Source: Oopsacas minuta
Lineage: Eukaryota; Animalia; Porifera
Direction of reading: 5' to 3'
Assembly: GCA_024704765.1 (NCBI GenBank)
Contig: JAKMXF010000300.1
Location: 248,001-312,000 of the forward strand
Length of the DNA: 64,000 nucleotides
Under the pieces are notes generated by a model. The model searched no databases. It was not told the origin of the DNA and saw only the letters and a list, made by a program, of their open reading frames with translations. Both the position numbers and the translations under genes were made by a program. Below, piece after piece: positions 21,520 to 33,752 of the stretch; the stretch's first letter is position 1; every line of letters begins with the position of its first letter.

Positions 21520-23156
21520 ATGAGTGAATTCCAGATGAAGAATTTCGGTTTCCTTATTTTCCAGTTGATCATCAGTTTTGTTATGGTGCTAACAGGAACT
21601 ATTAATACGCTCAGTACTAAAGCAGCTGATTTATTGATTGTAAGAGGTAATAATCCTCATGCTGCTCACCACTTCGATCATCCTTATGTACAGGCTGTTG
21701 GGATGTTTATTGGAGAATTCTCTTGTATGCTGGTGTTTGCTATCTTTGCATTAGGTGAGTTACAATAGTAGAGTTAATATCACATTATAGACTGTATTAT
21801 CACTTAATTTGAAGCATTAAACCTGCATAATTACCAACCCTCTTTATACAAATATCTCAAGATTTTCCCTGCCAAACACCGCGATTTTCAAAATTTACCC
21901 GAAATTTCACTCTTTCCCAACTTATTCCTCTCACAAATCTTCAATTTCTTCCATCGCTTTTATACATACATACATACATACATATATTTTAAAAGAATTT
22001 TACATTTATAGGTTTCTTCCTAGTCAAGCGTACTATCAAACCCCTTATCCCTAAGAGTTTCAATCCTCTAATCTTCCTACCACCAGCATGTTGTGATATT
22101 CTAGCCACAAGCACTATGTACCTAGGTCTTAATCTAACCTCAGCTAGTAGCTTCCAAATGCTTAGAGGAGCTGTCATAATATTCTCAGGTCTCCTGTCTG
22201 TTGGATTCCTTGGATCTCATATTACTGGTACTCAGTGGTTGGGGATGATAACTGTGTTTTTTGGACTCATGGTTGTGGGTGTAGGAGATCTGGTGATAAA
22301 TGGGATTGGTACAGAATCAGCATCTCAAGTTATAACAGGGGATTTGCTTATTTTGGTCGCTCAGATTATTGTGTCTATCCAAGTTGTAGTTGAAGAGTAT
22401 TTTATCAAAGGATATCAGGTAAGTCCATGGATAATAGCATTACCTTATGAATATTAGTATAATAATTATATCAATCTTTTTCACCCGATAAAAGATTGAT
22501 TCGCTGAATTATATGAATGAGGGAATTTGTCGAAATGACCTTTCTCTCATTTTTATGAAATTTCTTGAATTGCTTCGCGTATCTTCCACATTATTATTTT
22601 CTAGGTTGATCCGTTATTGGCTGTTGGGTTTGAAGGTATGTTTGGTTTGGGTATTACTCTAACTCTACTTGTTCCTATGTATTTCATTCCATGGCACATC
22701 CCTGGTACAGAATTCTGGCAAGAATTCCCTAGATATGAAGATTCTTTAGACGCTTTATCACAGATAGGTAACAGTTGGTTATTAGTAGTGTTTGTATTGG
22801 GTAATATTATTAGTATTGCTTTCTTTAACTTCACTGGATTGACCGTTACGAAGTATCTCAATGCTACAACTCGAATGGTACTCGATTCAGTACGTACTCT
22901 ATTCATTTGGCTATTCAGTTTAGCTATTATGTGGCAAGGCTTTTATTTCACACAGCTCATAGGATTCGTACTACTTATCGTTGGTGCATTTATTTACTAT
23001 GATATTCTGATACCACCTGGCATACGCTGGATATACAGGAAAGTTCCCGGTAGATCTCCAAAGCCTCGGCTGATGACCGGGACTTTTCCTGATGAGGTTG
23101 AGAACAGCGATGAGAGGGATGCCTTGATGGGCAAAGGAAGAGAGGATATTAATTAG
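21520..23156 (+). CDS. SLC35F6: Solute carrier 35F6 (nucleotide-sugar transporter family; exons 21520-21754, 22011-22418, 22605-23156)
   Basis: MVLTGTINTLSTK, HHFDHPYVQAVGMFIGEFSC, FNPLIFLPPACCD, ASSFQMLRGAVIIFSG and ATTRMVLDSVRT. Confidence 0.92.
21962..21982 (+). repeat. (TACA)n microsatellite in SLC35F6 intron 1
   Basis: tatacatacatacatacatacata read directly. Confidence 0.8.
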
Positions 23157-23524
23157 TTACTCCGGGGACTACTAACTTTTTGTAGTTGATATGTTTTTAC
23201 TTTAATGTGTATGCTACTTATGTCATATTTGAATAAGTGTTAGGCTTATGTAGTAGTTTTAGAACTTTACTGTACGTATAATGCTGTAAATATTACCTGT
23301 TATTTTTGACCTGATTTATACTTATTCTATGATTCGCATACGTGAATGCTATCTAAAGTTTTCCTTGAGAATATACAGTTAGGATTGTTCCTATAGGATT
23401 TGTATTACTTGAGTTCCCTTTATATGAAGATTTTTGACCCGTGGAGGTTTATAATAATCGACCCTAACTGTACTACAGGTATATTATCATCTGATATATA
23501 TTTCAAAAAGGTTAGATAACAGCT

Positions 23525-25224
23525 ATGTCATATTCACAAATACTAACATTCGGATTGAAGATATTTCAAGGCACCACTTTCAATGAAGTTAATCTACAGC
23601 TAGAACCTCTTTGGACAAACTTTGCTAAAAGGAAGCATTATATACCTTACAGTACTAGAACAGTTGCTAAAATGCTAGTACATGATAAATACACACAAAC
23701 ATTATTGAATCGATTGGAGTTTTCACATAAATGGTTCACTACACAGATTTCTAGCTTAATCCTGGAAAAGAAACACCAAAATTCAAATGCAAAGTTAAAT
23801 AGTGATCTTCAATTGCTTCTTAATAGGTCAAAAGCTTTGAAAGATACAATTTCACTTCTTAAGAAAGAAGAAAAAATGCGATTTCAAACACTACAACAGG
23901 TAAAACCTCAAATTCTCGATTTTATTATTGAAATTTATCAAATTCTTATTTCTAGTTATTCGAGTCTTTTCCTAATATATTACACCAGAGTGTGCCGGAT
24001 AAAATTCAAGTTATAAAGACAACTCCCAAAATCACTAGGTTTGGTTCGGAGTGTAGAGATCACGTACAACTGGGAATAGAGCTAGATCTATTTGACTTAC
24101 AAACTGCTAGTAATGTGAGTGGACATCGTTTCGTGTATCTCAAAGGAGATTGTGCCCTTCTAGCGCATGCATTGGAAAGCTGGACAATTGACCTTCTAGC
24201 GGACCATGGATTCTTATTGATATCAACTCCTGATGTGATTAAGAATGATATATTAGCAGGTTGTGGATTTAAACCTGATGGACCATCTAGTCAGATATAT
24301 GGAGTATCTCATGGTAAGAACCATGGGATATCTCTAGCTGGTACGGCTGAAATTCCACTAGTTGGATACTACGCTAACAAGAATCTGATGGCGGATTTGA
24401 ATAAATCTGATATCCGTGTTTGTGCTGCTAGCAATTGCTACAGAGCTGAGGCTGGCGATAGGGGAAAGAAGATACGAGGCTTATATAGACTGCATCAGTT
24501 CAGGAAAGTAAGTAAAAATATTGATACAGTTAATTCCTGTTATATCGAAGCTCAAGGGATCGCAATAATTTCTTCGGTATAGCCGATGAATTTTTGTTAC
24601 TTTATTTGTACAATTTTAGACTTCGGTATATCCGTGTTCGCGTTCGATATAACGAGGAGGAGTTGACTGTAGTTTTGAAAATATTTTTTTGTTCAGATAG
24701 AGATGGTCTGTATAACCCAACCTGACAAAGATCGTAGTAATAGTGTTTTTAAACAGCTGGTTAATATCCAAGAGTCCATATACAAAATGTTAAGGCTACC
24801 TTATCGTGTAATACACATACCTGCAGATGATCTAGGTGATGTAGCATCTAGGAAGATAGATATTGAAGTTTACATGCCTGGTATGGGTATGTATGGGGAA
24901 GTTACTAGTGCTAGCGAGTGTTTAGGTTATCAGAGTTCTAGACTCAATATTATGTGTGATAGTAAATACGCGTATACTCTTAATGCAACAGCTGTTGCTA
25001 TACCTCGTACTCTGATTGGAATTATTGAGAATTATCAACGTCCTAACGGTATTGGAATACCTGCTGTATTGCAATCATATATGAGACAAATGACTCACAT
25101 TCCAATCAGGACGAAAAAGTGGAATAATGGTAATAAATCGATTAGTACTCATTACCTACAGAACTCTATTGGAGGATTTTCTCATTTCAAAGCAGATACA
25201 AGCAAACTCTTAAGGATTGTTTAA
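23525..25224 (+). CDS. SARS2: Mitochondrial seryl-tRNA synthetase (exons ~23525-23899, ~23956-24507, ~24696-25224; start uncertain)
   Basis: FPNILHQSVP, LAGTAEIPL, SNCYRAEAG..RGLYRLHQFRK|IEM, DLGDVASRKIDIEVYMPG, GEVTSASEC..YQSSRLNI and TLNATAVAIPRTLIGIIENYQ are class II SerRS motifs of the mitochondrial type. Confidence 0.88.
24525..24671. mobile_element. MITE family A in SARS2 intron
   Basis: TACAGTTAATTCCTGTTATATCGAAGCTCAAGGG ... TTCGATATAACGAGGAGGAGTTGACTGTA. Confidence 0.8.
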
Positions 25225-25351
25225 TCTAGAATTTGTGGGTATTTTGGTAAAATTTTACTTGTTTTCACTTAGCAATCAATGAATCCATTCGTTTATAATA
25301 TTCTCGTTAATTAGTTGGAATCTGTAATCCATATCCACAATGTATGTATTA

Positions 25352-25466
25352 TGCAGTGTAAACGGTGTGTCAGTAACGCCGAAAATCTTACTCCGTTTCC
25401 CCGTTTGTGGAGGTTTATTCGTATGCGACTTGGAATTCGCTACATTTATTTTCACTCCGTTTATGT
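25352..25466. mobile_element. Degenerate MITE family B fragment
   Basis: Contains CCCCGTTTGTGGAGGTT and ATTTTCACTCCGTTT, both shared with 2224-2345. Confidence 0.5.
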
Positions 25467-25529
25467 AAATTCTCTGTTTTTATGATATCTTGATTATTTT
25501 CTTAGAATTTGTTAAATCAGTAGAATACA

Positions 25530-28500
25530 ATGAGGTTCAATGAAAAGGAGTTGATCGCGTTGGCCAACTCTAAAACCTTTACGATTGAAGGAATATTATG
25601 GAAGAGACCTAAACTAGGAATTCAATATAAAGATAGATTCTGTAGACTGAAAGACAATCTCCTATTCTACTTCACAGTTAACTCAGTAATTGGTATAGAC
25701 GGAATAGTTCAGAAACAGAGATGCGGAGACTTATTAGGAGTTGTTGTAACGGAAAATATGGTCATACAAGAATTAGGAAGTGATCAGAAGCACCCTGATC
25801 AAATGTATGGGTTTTGTATATATTATCGATCTCAACAAACTGACAGTCTAATTCCACCGAAACTCTACGAATTTCGTTGTGGTTCTCGCGAAATTCAACG
25901 CTGCTGGATGGACTGTTTGAACAAATCATCTTTCAGTTCTCTCCGTAGACATTACACATATATACAAAATGAATTTATATCTTTAAATATTGACTTACCT
26001 CCTGAATCGATCAGATTTCAAGATAGATCCTCTAAAGTAACATTCTCAAACATACAAACTCTTGTGCCAAGGGGAAAATCTAGTATTTGTGGTGTGTGTT
26101 GTTCCCCTCCTGTTCCTGTTAAGAAACTACTAGATATTGATTTACTCGTCAGAGGACCGTGCACTTATTCACCAAAACGTCCTGACAGTAAAGGAATCGA
26201 ACTCAAATTGTCATGTAGCAATTTAATAGCATATCATAATGTTGGATATTACGTAGATGTTAGCGCAGGAAATGATAAGCAAAAGAGCCTGGATTTGATT
26301 TCTCGCACTGAAACAATTTACAATACTTCTAGACCGAGCTATTGTTCTACAATCCTACTCGATAAAGACAAATACTTATCTAACAAATGTTTCTTAACCT
26401 TTTTAATAAAACAAGTACTCAATGAAGACACAGATCTTGGCATAGATATTAGTATTCTTATTCTACATAAAGCTAGACTAGCAGTAAGTGAGTTATTTCT
26501 TAATGGTAAGATAGATCTTATGACTGAAGATGGAAAAGCTTGTGTTACAGTCAAAACATTAAAGCCTATCACAGCACTATACTTTAAGCCACAGAAATTC
26601 TATGAGAAATTCTACAAGCATTTACACTGTGTGAATTACTGTACACAGCGTTCACCGTGTGATATGCTGTTCTTGAATCCGCTATACTTATTCCCTATGC
26701 GTAAAACATATGAGTTGCCTCTTAGCGCACACAGGCCTGTAGCAACAATACGTGCTATGGAAGTTACCGCAGAATCTCCGTATAATAACATTATTCCAAT
26801 TGAATATCTTAAGATGTGTTTGAGAGATAATAAGAATATCTGTAGCGATCTCATTTCGCTAGGAACGTTGTTGTCTGGACTGGAGATTCATAAGGAGCAA
26901 TTAGCTACACAGCTAGAGGAGCAAATAGTGCATTATAACGCTACTATTAACGAACTAGTTGAATTACAGTTTTTCTTTCATGCAAGCTCAAAACGATATA
27001 ATACAAAGCTAAGTTTCCTACCAATTAACCTTCATGTACAAAAATTAATATCAGTAAATGAGTTACCCTTTAATCCACATAGATCTCCTATTAAAGATGA
27101 TTCAACACATACTCCACCTGCTTTACGCAAATCTCTCCCTATTACTAGAACCATGACAGATACATCATCACCTAGCCATGGTATCTCTAATACACGATTC
27201 AATACTTTATCCTACGTCACTATGGGTGCCCCTACTCATCATGTAGTTGGGTTTGATAAAGGTAGTCTACTCACAATGCTGCGTGAATCTAATCATCTCC
27301 CTTTCTTTGTTTTCTCTGATCATAATCTTGCTAGACGGTATGTTGAGCTAGCTGATGAACTTGCCGATTGTTTGTATCAGTTTACGGAGTATAAAGATTT
27401 TTTATTTCGTACACTAGCTAATACAGCATTCAATATAAGTCAAGATGCTCTGACTGGTCTATCTAGAACTATGCAACGTATGTTCACTGTTCTAGAATCT
27501 TCTGAAGTACAGCAAGGTATATGCCTATTCCATCAATTAACTGCTAACAGTATGATCACCCAACCATCAGTGTTACCAAATCCTGCGATACAAGACAGTA
27601 TCCAAAAACCTGACAAGACGGTTGATAAGTCAATACGTCATTCATGGTACCCTGGAATTGGTAATAAATTAGATCTCGCTCTCCCCAAATCAGCAGATCT
27701 TATCAATCCAACTAAACGCACCATGGAGTCTAAACTGTCCTACAGACAGAGACAAGCCTCCATCCTACATGATTACATAGAACTAGCAAAGAAAGTAGAT
27801 ATGACGTCAGCTAATATTACAAACATGAGAGAGCATTTAGCTGATCTCTCCCAGCTAGGTCTTTTGAGTTCTACAAAGATAGAATTAATATCTTGGACTG
27901 ATGAACTAATCCCTCTCACATCTAAGATATTGGTTAAACTTAATAAACTGTATTTAACGGCTAAAAATGGGCTTACATTGAAACGTCTGGATTATGAGAG
28001 TTCAATAAAAAACTATGTTGAAATGCTTGAACGTCATGACGTCATTATGTCACAGCTCGTTACCTGTTTGGTGACAAGTTTCGCGCAGGCACTACAGACT
28101 CACGCTGAATCGTTCAATCATACAGCTAGAATGACGTCATTCATTAAAAAGTGCACTAGCATTGGATATTTATTCTGTGTGGATTCATATCTTAATGTTA
28201 TAAACGAAGAAAAGTATATGCATGAAGATCTAGCTATCGGAATACAGCAATTATCAGCTGTTAAAATCAGATTAACTTGCGGTTGTTGTCACGATCATCC
28301 AGAGATTACAGGCTCAAGAACGAACTTTAAAATCCTTATACCAATTTGTTCTGGTTATTATAAAATTATTCCTGCTACTCTGAGGGAAAGTGATATCACT
28401 ATTTACCCATTGCTTTTCTCAAGAAGTGTATTCCCTTCTGCTAATCAAACTGAAAAAGTGTCAGCTTATGAGTTCATTGCTTCTACTAACAAACAGAGTA

Positions 28501-28976
28501 TTTTAGCCTTGAAAACCTATTATGATATTTGTGAGAAGAACAAGATGGAATTTGTGACGAATCCTTTAACAAATAAAGTCTATATACTCGATAAGTTAAT
28601 GTCTAAATTATCCGCCAAGAATTTCACTTCTAAATTCACTAATATCTACGACATGCAGTTGTTTCAATTGGTCGAACAAGCAACTCGTGAGCTAGAAGGT
28701 GGAATGGTAATAATGTGTAAAAGTGCTAAGGACCGTACAGGTTGTGCTGCCACGCTACAACAAGCCCAATTCCTTAAAGATACATACTCAAACATTATTA
28801 GTGAAGATGAGAAACAAACTATATTAAATGCTATGCGGATGACTGGTACAAAACTTGATGTTTGTGCTAAGAATACGAACATTAGCTTATTTGCATTTAA
28901 TCCTAAGAATATGCTTTGCCTTCCTCCTTCCTTGATACCACCGATGGAAGTTTGCGGAAGAGATCAAATTACTTAG
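25530..28976 (+). CDS. INPP4: PH + C2-like + inositol polyphosphate 4-phosphatase (type I/II family), intronless
   Basis: N-terminal MRFNEKEL..PH domain (EGILWKR..YKDRFCRLKDNLLFYF); catalytic CX5R motif CKSAKDRT; LPINLHVQ motif. Confidence 0.88.
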   Translation: MRFNEKELIALANSKTFTIEGILWKRPKLGIQYKDRFCRLKDNLLFYFTVNSVIGIDGIVQKQRCGDLLGVVVTENMVIQELGSDQKHPDQMYGFCIYYRSQQTDSLIPPKLYEFRCGSREIQRCWMDCLNKSSFSSLRRHYTYIQNEFISLNIDLPPESIRFQDRSSKVTFSNIQTLVPRGKSSICGVCCSPPVPVKKLLDIDLLVRGPCTYSPKRPDSKGIELKLSCSNLIAYHNVGYYVDVSAGNDKQKSLDLISRTETIYNTSRPSYCSTILLDKDKYLSNKCFLTFLIKQVLNEDTDLGIDISILILHKARLAVSELFLNGKIDLMTEDGKACVTVKTLKPITALYFKPQKFYEKFYKHLHCVNYCTQRSPCDMLFLNPLYLFPMRKTYELPLSAHRPVATIRAMEVTAESPYNNIIPIEYLKMCLRDNKNICSDLISLGTLLSGLEIHKEQLATQLEEQIVHYNATINELVELQFFFHASSKRYNTKLSFLPINLHVQKLISVNELPFNPHRSPIKDDSTHTPPALRKSLPITRTMTDTSSPSHGISNTRFNTLSYVTMGAPTHHVVGFDKGSLLTMLRESNHLPFFVFSDHNLARRYVELADELADCLYQFTEYKDFLFRTLANTAFNISQDALTGLSRTMQRMFTVLESSEVQQGICLFHQLTANSMITQPSVLPNPAIQDSIQKPDKTVDKSIRHSWYPGIGNKLDLALPKSADLINPTKRTMESKLSYRQRQASILHDYIELAKKVDMTSANITNMREHLADLSQLGLLSSTKIELISWTDELIPLTSKILVKLNKLYLTAKNGLTLKRLDYESSIKNYVEMLERHDVIMSQLVTCLVTSFAQALQTHAESFNHTARMTSFIKKCTSIGYLFCVDSYLNVINEEKYMHEDLAIGIQQLSAVKIRLTCGCCHDHPEITGSRTNFKILIPICSGYYKIIPATLRESDITIYPLLFSRSVFPSANQTEKVSAYEFIASTNKQSILALKTYYDICEKNKMEFVTNPLTNKVYILDKLMSKLSAKNFTSKFTNIYDMQLFQLVEQATRELEGGMVIMCKSAKDRTGCAATLQQAQFLKDTYSNIISEDEKQTILNAMRMTGTKLDVCAKNTNISLFAFNPKNMLCLPPSLIPPMEVCGRDQIT

Positions 28977-29196
28977 AAAATCTTCCTCTTTATTTGAAAT
29001 AGCAGATATTTTGTGTACAACTGATCAGTGTGTGTATATATTTAAACCGTTTGGATAGTCAATATTATGTATGTATGTATATATTCTTGTGTCGAGCTTA
29101 TTACTTGTACACATTTATTATATTATATTATTCATAGCTGCTTTTATTGTATTATTTCTTGTAATTCAATCAGCTGATTTTGTATTTCTGTCTCAG

Positions 29197-32100
29197 ATGG
29201 GAGATGGAATGCTAGCTACACTTTTCGGTACAGATTTCATTCATTGTCGTATGGATGGACTTTGTATTGGGAAATTCAAGTTCTCCAGCGACAGAGAAGA
29301 TTACCTTATATGGCTAAGTCCAATTAGAGAAGATATCTCTAGCTTTACACTGAATCTATTTCATGTACCAACTTCTGATACATTTAGTGGACATTTCACT
29401 ACAGCATATGTCAGTCAGCTGACACAGAAAACTGGTTCAATCAAAGATTTTAAAACATTCTTGAATATGTTAAAATCTGCCTTGTCACAAAAATCTCGAT
29501 CAGTGAGGATAGAATTTCTGTCTACAGAAGAGATACAAGCATTGAAAGGGAATACAGCTACTACTGGTCATACTCATAAATGCTATATTCTCCTGTCTTA
29601 TAACTCTGAGTATGATCAAGTTCGTTACCCAATTCCACTAACCTTTATCGGTAATTTTAGTTTAATTATTTATGTCGCATATTTTCAATTTCATCTTCTA
29701 TTTTTAGGTAAACTGGATCACTTAACTCTCCTCGAGTGTGTTTTGAATGTTCAGTATTCGAAAGGAGGGAATATTCTAGAAGCGAGGCCAGTTGATAGAG
29801 CTACCGAGAAGGACAGAGAGGAGATTAATAGACTACTTCATGATAAGAGAGAATTAGAGGAAGAAATTCAGATATTAAGGCATTTCCAAAGGAGAGAAGA
29901 TACAGAGATTCCATCCAAGGAAATCAAGGTACACAAAAATTTATTCTTATTTCATTATGTTATTTGTCATTCTACAGGTCTTGAAACGTGTAATTCGGAG
30001 TCTTGAACAAGACCTACTGATTGAGAAATCACAACACAAGAAGTTCGCTAGTAAGAAGAACGATGAGTATAGTCGAATAGGTTCTGAGCTAGATAGACTC
30101 AGAGCTTCAGAGAGAACTTTAAAAATACGAGTCAAAAATCTTACAGAAGAATTAGCTACTATTAGGAGACATCGTGTATCAATGAGTCCAATTGTCTCTA
30201 GTACACAGCCGGGGAGGAGACGATCTCTGAGTGCGGATAGGGGTAGAAGCAGTACTCCTGTTAGTAGAAATACTAGCAAGGAGAGATATGTAAGGCGGAG
30301 GTCATCATCTCTTGAAAAACCAGGTAAGTCAATTCTGTATTGTTTAAGAGATTGATTTAACAGAATATTCTTTAATGAGTAGCTTATTTAGCAAATGTAC
30401 AAATATCATTATGGAATAGTTACACAAACACAAATTTATTATACAACTTAGTTCTCCATAAGAAGAGGTTCTAGTAGTGCTTTGTTTATTCTGTAAGTAT
30501 GACCTTTTCCAGTGCATTTGTCATAGATATAGTTTGCCAGATAAAAGAAGAGAATGCAGAATGATGGTGTCATTAGTATTGTTAAGAAAAGTAAGAAATG
30601 GGTGAAAGGTACCCATCTGATTACCTCCTCAAATATTGAATATTGTATGAATTTGTTTGTGACATTAAAATTGAGATCAATATTATAGACATCTTTCACA
30701 TAGCACTGTCCTGTTAGTACTAACTGTAATGTAAAGGTTAAAAATGCGAATATCGCTCCTATAGGTAAGAAACTAAATGCTGCGAAAATAAATCTGAATG
30801 TGATTTTGTAGAATTTTAGATTTATTTGATGATTTCTGTATTGAGTTAGGTTGGATTCAAAATTTCGAATTTCTTTTATTTTTGACCTAATAGCATTTAT
30901 CATATTCTTCCTAGTGCGATAAAGATTCCATAAATTCAAAACCGATAATAGCGTTATAGCTGGGAATATGAATAGTTGAAGTTGTCTTATACAGAATATC
31001 GTTTGCACTAGCCATTGGGAAATCCAGAAACAAATGTACTTGAAACGAGTTTTTCTTGGCAATTCATGTCTGAAATAACGCGCAGCTAAATACGAATTCA
31101 AATATGAGATTAACATAATCTGTGTGATAACCAACATATCTGCAGATATGTATATGAGAACTGTTTCTGGATATATGTTAGTGTATGCGATGAATTTGTT
31201 AATTGTACAAGGAAATTTCTTTTTAATCTTTTGTGGATCAACATGGCTCGCATAGAAAGTTTTCTCTATGGCAAAGGGCGCAACTAACGAGGAAAATGCA
31301 AAAATTATTATGTCGATTATAATTATTGTGAGCAAGAAGGCATCTCTGTATCTGACTGTTTCCAAATTATAAAGATTTTCTTTTCGAACTTGAGAATCGG
31401 CGTCATACGTTTCAATACAGCCCTTACGTTTCTTATACGTTATGCTTAAACGGTAAATAAGTATTATCATCCAAAACAGCAAGCAAATCAAACCTAAGCT
31501 TCCAACGAATGCAAATAGCGGAACCTGAATTTCTCCACTACTAACCATTTTTCTATATTACTTCTTTTACAAAAGATGAGTTTATATACGTATAAATGGT
31601 AATATTCTGTCAGTATTTAGCTGTATATTTCCTAATTTATATCCACGTGTTTTATTCATTTATTGTTTGCATATTGGGTTACATAATATCATATTGTATT
31701 TTATGTAAAACTTTTAAACTATCCTAACTTGTAGTTACAGATGAAAGAATGTCGAGAAGGCAAGAATACCTTCATTCACAGCAAAATATGGGAAGCAGAT
31801 CTAGGACACCCTCACCTCGTTTCGACCCTACAGCGTATATTCGTGAGCGGACACGAAAAAGAACTGAGAGCGGAGGAAAGAAAAATCGACCACCATCTTT
31901 CCCTAATCAGCGAAATGGTAACCGTATTCGCTCTAGATCACACTCAAGGGAGAGTTATCGCCCTGGGGTGTCTAACGGAGGTAGATGGTCTCACTATTCA
32001 TCAGCTAGCAGTCTAGATTCATCACCAAACGAATATCTGACACGAGATGGTAACTACAGACGAAAACACTATTCCCGAGAATCTATTCATTCTCTAAACT

Positions 32101-32276
32101 CAATTCAAGACAGTAGTACCCCTGTACACAAGAATAGTAAACGTGGCTTCAGATCTAAAAGCAAAGATACGAAACAGCCGAGAACTAAATCTAAACAATC
32201 TTTAGACCACTCGATTAATCTCTCTGATATTGATCAGAGATTGAAAGCACTGAAATTTTTAATTCACGATCACTGA
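29197..32276 (+). CDS. CCDC61: Centrosomal coiled-coil protein CCDC61/VFL3 (4 exons; large intron 30324-31740)
   Basis: QLTQKTGSIKDFKTFLNMLKSAL, YILLSYNSEYDQVRYPIPL.FIG|KLD, PSPRFDPTAYI and DIDQRLKAL. The junction CCA G|AT GAA across 30324-31740 keeps frame. Confidence 0.88.
30448..31548 (-). CDS. Orphan 7-transmembrane (GPCR-like topology) protein, intronless, nested in CCDC61 intron
   Basis: 366 aa ORF with seven hydrophobic segments counted by eye; C-terminus ..ALLEPLLMEN; similar pattern to 42169-43221 and 43880-45025. Confidence 0.72.
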   Translation of the reverse strand: MVSSGEIQVPLFAFVGSLGLICLLFWMIILIYRLSITYKKRKGCIETYDADSQVRKENLYNLETVRYRDAFLLTIIIIDIIIFAFSSLVAPFAIEKTFYASHVDPQKIKKKFPCTINKFIAYTNIYPETVLIYISADMLVITQIMLISYLNSYLAARYFRHELPRKTRFKYICFWISQWLVQTIFCIRQLQLFIFPAITLLSVLNLWNLYRTRKNMINAIRSKIKEIRNFESNLTQYRNHQINLKFYKITFRFIFAAFSFLPIGAIFAFLTFTLQLVLTGQCYVKDVYNIDLNFNVTNKFIQYSIFEEVIRWVPFTHFLLFLTILMTPSFCILFFYLANYIYDKCTGKGHTYRINKALLEPLLMEN

Positions 32277-33023
32277 CATCAATATCATAATTATTATCTA
32301 TATCCGTATGCACTGTTTTTATTTTAATGCTGCTGGCCCTACTCAGTACACTTTATCACATCTCATTCGTTGTTATTTACACTTTTCAGGAAGGTTTCAT
32401 GCTTAAACCATAGACACATACGAACAAACTTGTCTAATTAAGTCGAATTCTACTATAATAGTTTTGTATTATAACTAGGGGTAAATAATGTTTTATAACC
32501 CAATTCAATCTACTCCCAATCGATAGTTATTCAGGTACAAAATTCAATTTGGAATATGAACTTTGTACCTGAATATATCATACTTACAAACCCTAATTAT
32601 CCCAGGATTTTACAGGAAATCTAATTCATTTTTGCAAATTTAACTTGATTATACCAATTATTCCAAAGAAATCCATTGTTATAATTTTTGTTTCTTTACC
32701 AATACCACCCATTCTTCCTTCTTTTTCTTAAAATCATTCTCCCAACTTCCCCACTAGCAACTTATGTACTATTTATCTTGTAATCTACTGTATTACATAC
32801 TATTATTACATTTATATCAGGTGCAGTGTATGCCTTGTGCTAACACCCTGTACTTTCTAATTTTATCTGACAGTGCACTTTCTAATTTCCATCACCTCCA
32901 ATAAGTAATATACTTATGTATTCATGAAATAGAACTTATTGTATACTGTCATAGCGGGTATAACGGGTGTTAACTGTATGTTCATTTGTATTTCATATTT
33001 AGTATAAACTGTCCGTGAATAAG

Positions 33024-33500
33024 ATGATTAGGTTCCTTGGAATTTCTCGTCGTCTCATGAGTACTACTCCAGCACTCCGTACTGTCACCAGACAGGACCC
33101 ATACAATCATATGGAGGTTTACGGAAGCCTACACCATCCTCTAACTTTACGCTTTGAATATGTTGACAAATCCCCTGACGTCACTTCCCTCATTGAGAAA
33201 GCAAAGGGACCATGGACGGAACTATCTATGGAAGAAAAATATCGCTTATACAGAGGAATGTTTCCATACTCATTTGCTGATATACAAGCTGACGGAGGTA
33301 AGACCTTATACGTCATAACAGGCACTACAATACTGGTTATTGTGGGGATAGGCGTGTTCTTTGTAACTCAGAACATTATGAGCAGATATAAAGAACCTAC
33401 ACGTACTCTAACACCTGAATGGGAGGCTGCGGCTTTGGAGAAAAACCGCGATAATCTTTCTAATCCCGTATTCGGGATGTCATCTAAGAAATACAAATAG
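33024..33500 (+). CDS. COX4: Cytochrome c oxidase subunit 4
   Basis: LIEKAKGPWTELSMEEKYRLYR..F..SFADI, one TM helix, PTRTLTPEW and NPVFGMSSK. Confidence 0.88.
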   Translation: MIRFLGISRRLMSTTPALRTVTRQDPYNHMEVYGSLHHPLTLRFEYVDKSPDVTSLIEKAKGPWTELSMEEKYRLYRGMFPYSFADIQADGGKTLYVITGTTILVIVGIGVFFVTQNIMSRYKEPTRTLTPEWEAAALEKNRDNLSNPVFGMSSKKYK

Positions 33501-33752
33501 ATAAATAGCCAAGATAGGTATAAGACTTTGTCAGTGTTATCCTCGATGTCTTAATTAATGTTTGTAACTCCTCATCGTTTGTTATATTGTTATTAGCTAT
33601 ACTTGATGCGAACTATGCTATTGTCAATGCATCACTTGTAATGATTACTACTCGTTATCTTTTGTGTTATATCGAGATATTAAGGTTTAGTTCCTATTTC
33701 ATATTATCGAAGTTCCACTATATATTAGTTTCATAATCTAGCTACTCTGTTT

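Noticed and set aside
29071-30006. 311 aa ORF as one CDS
   Set aside because: It begins in hydrophobic AT-rich non-coding sequence and reads through CCDC61 introns (gtaatt..tttag after FIG); only parts are exonic.
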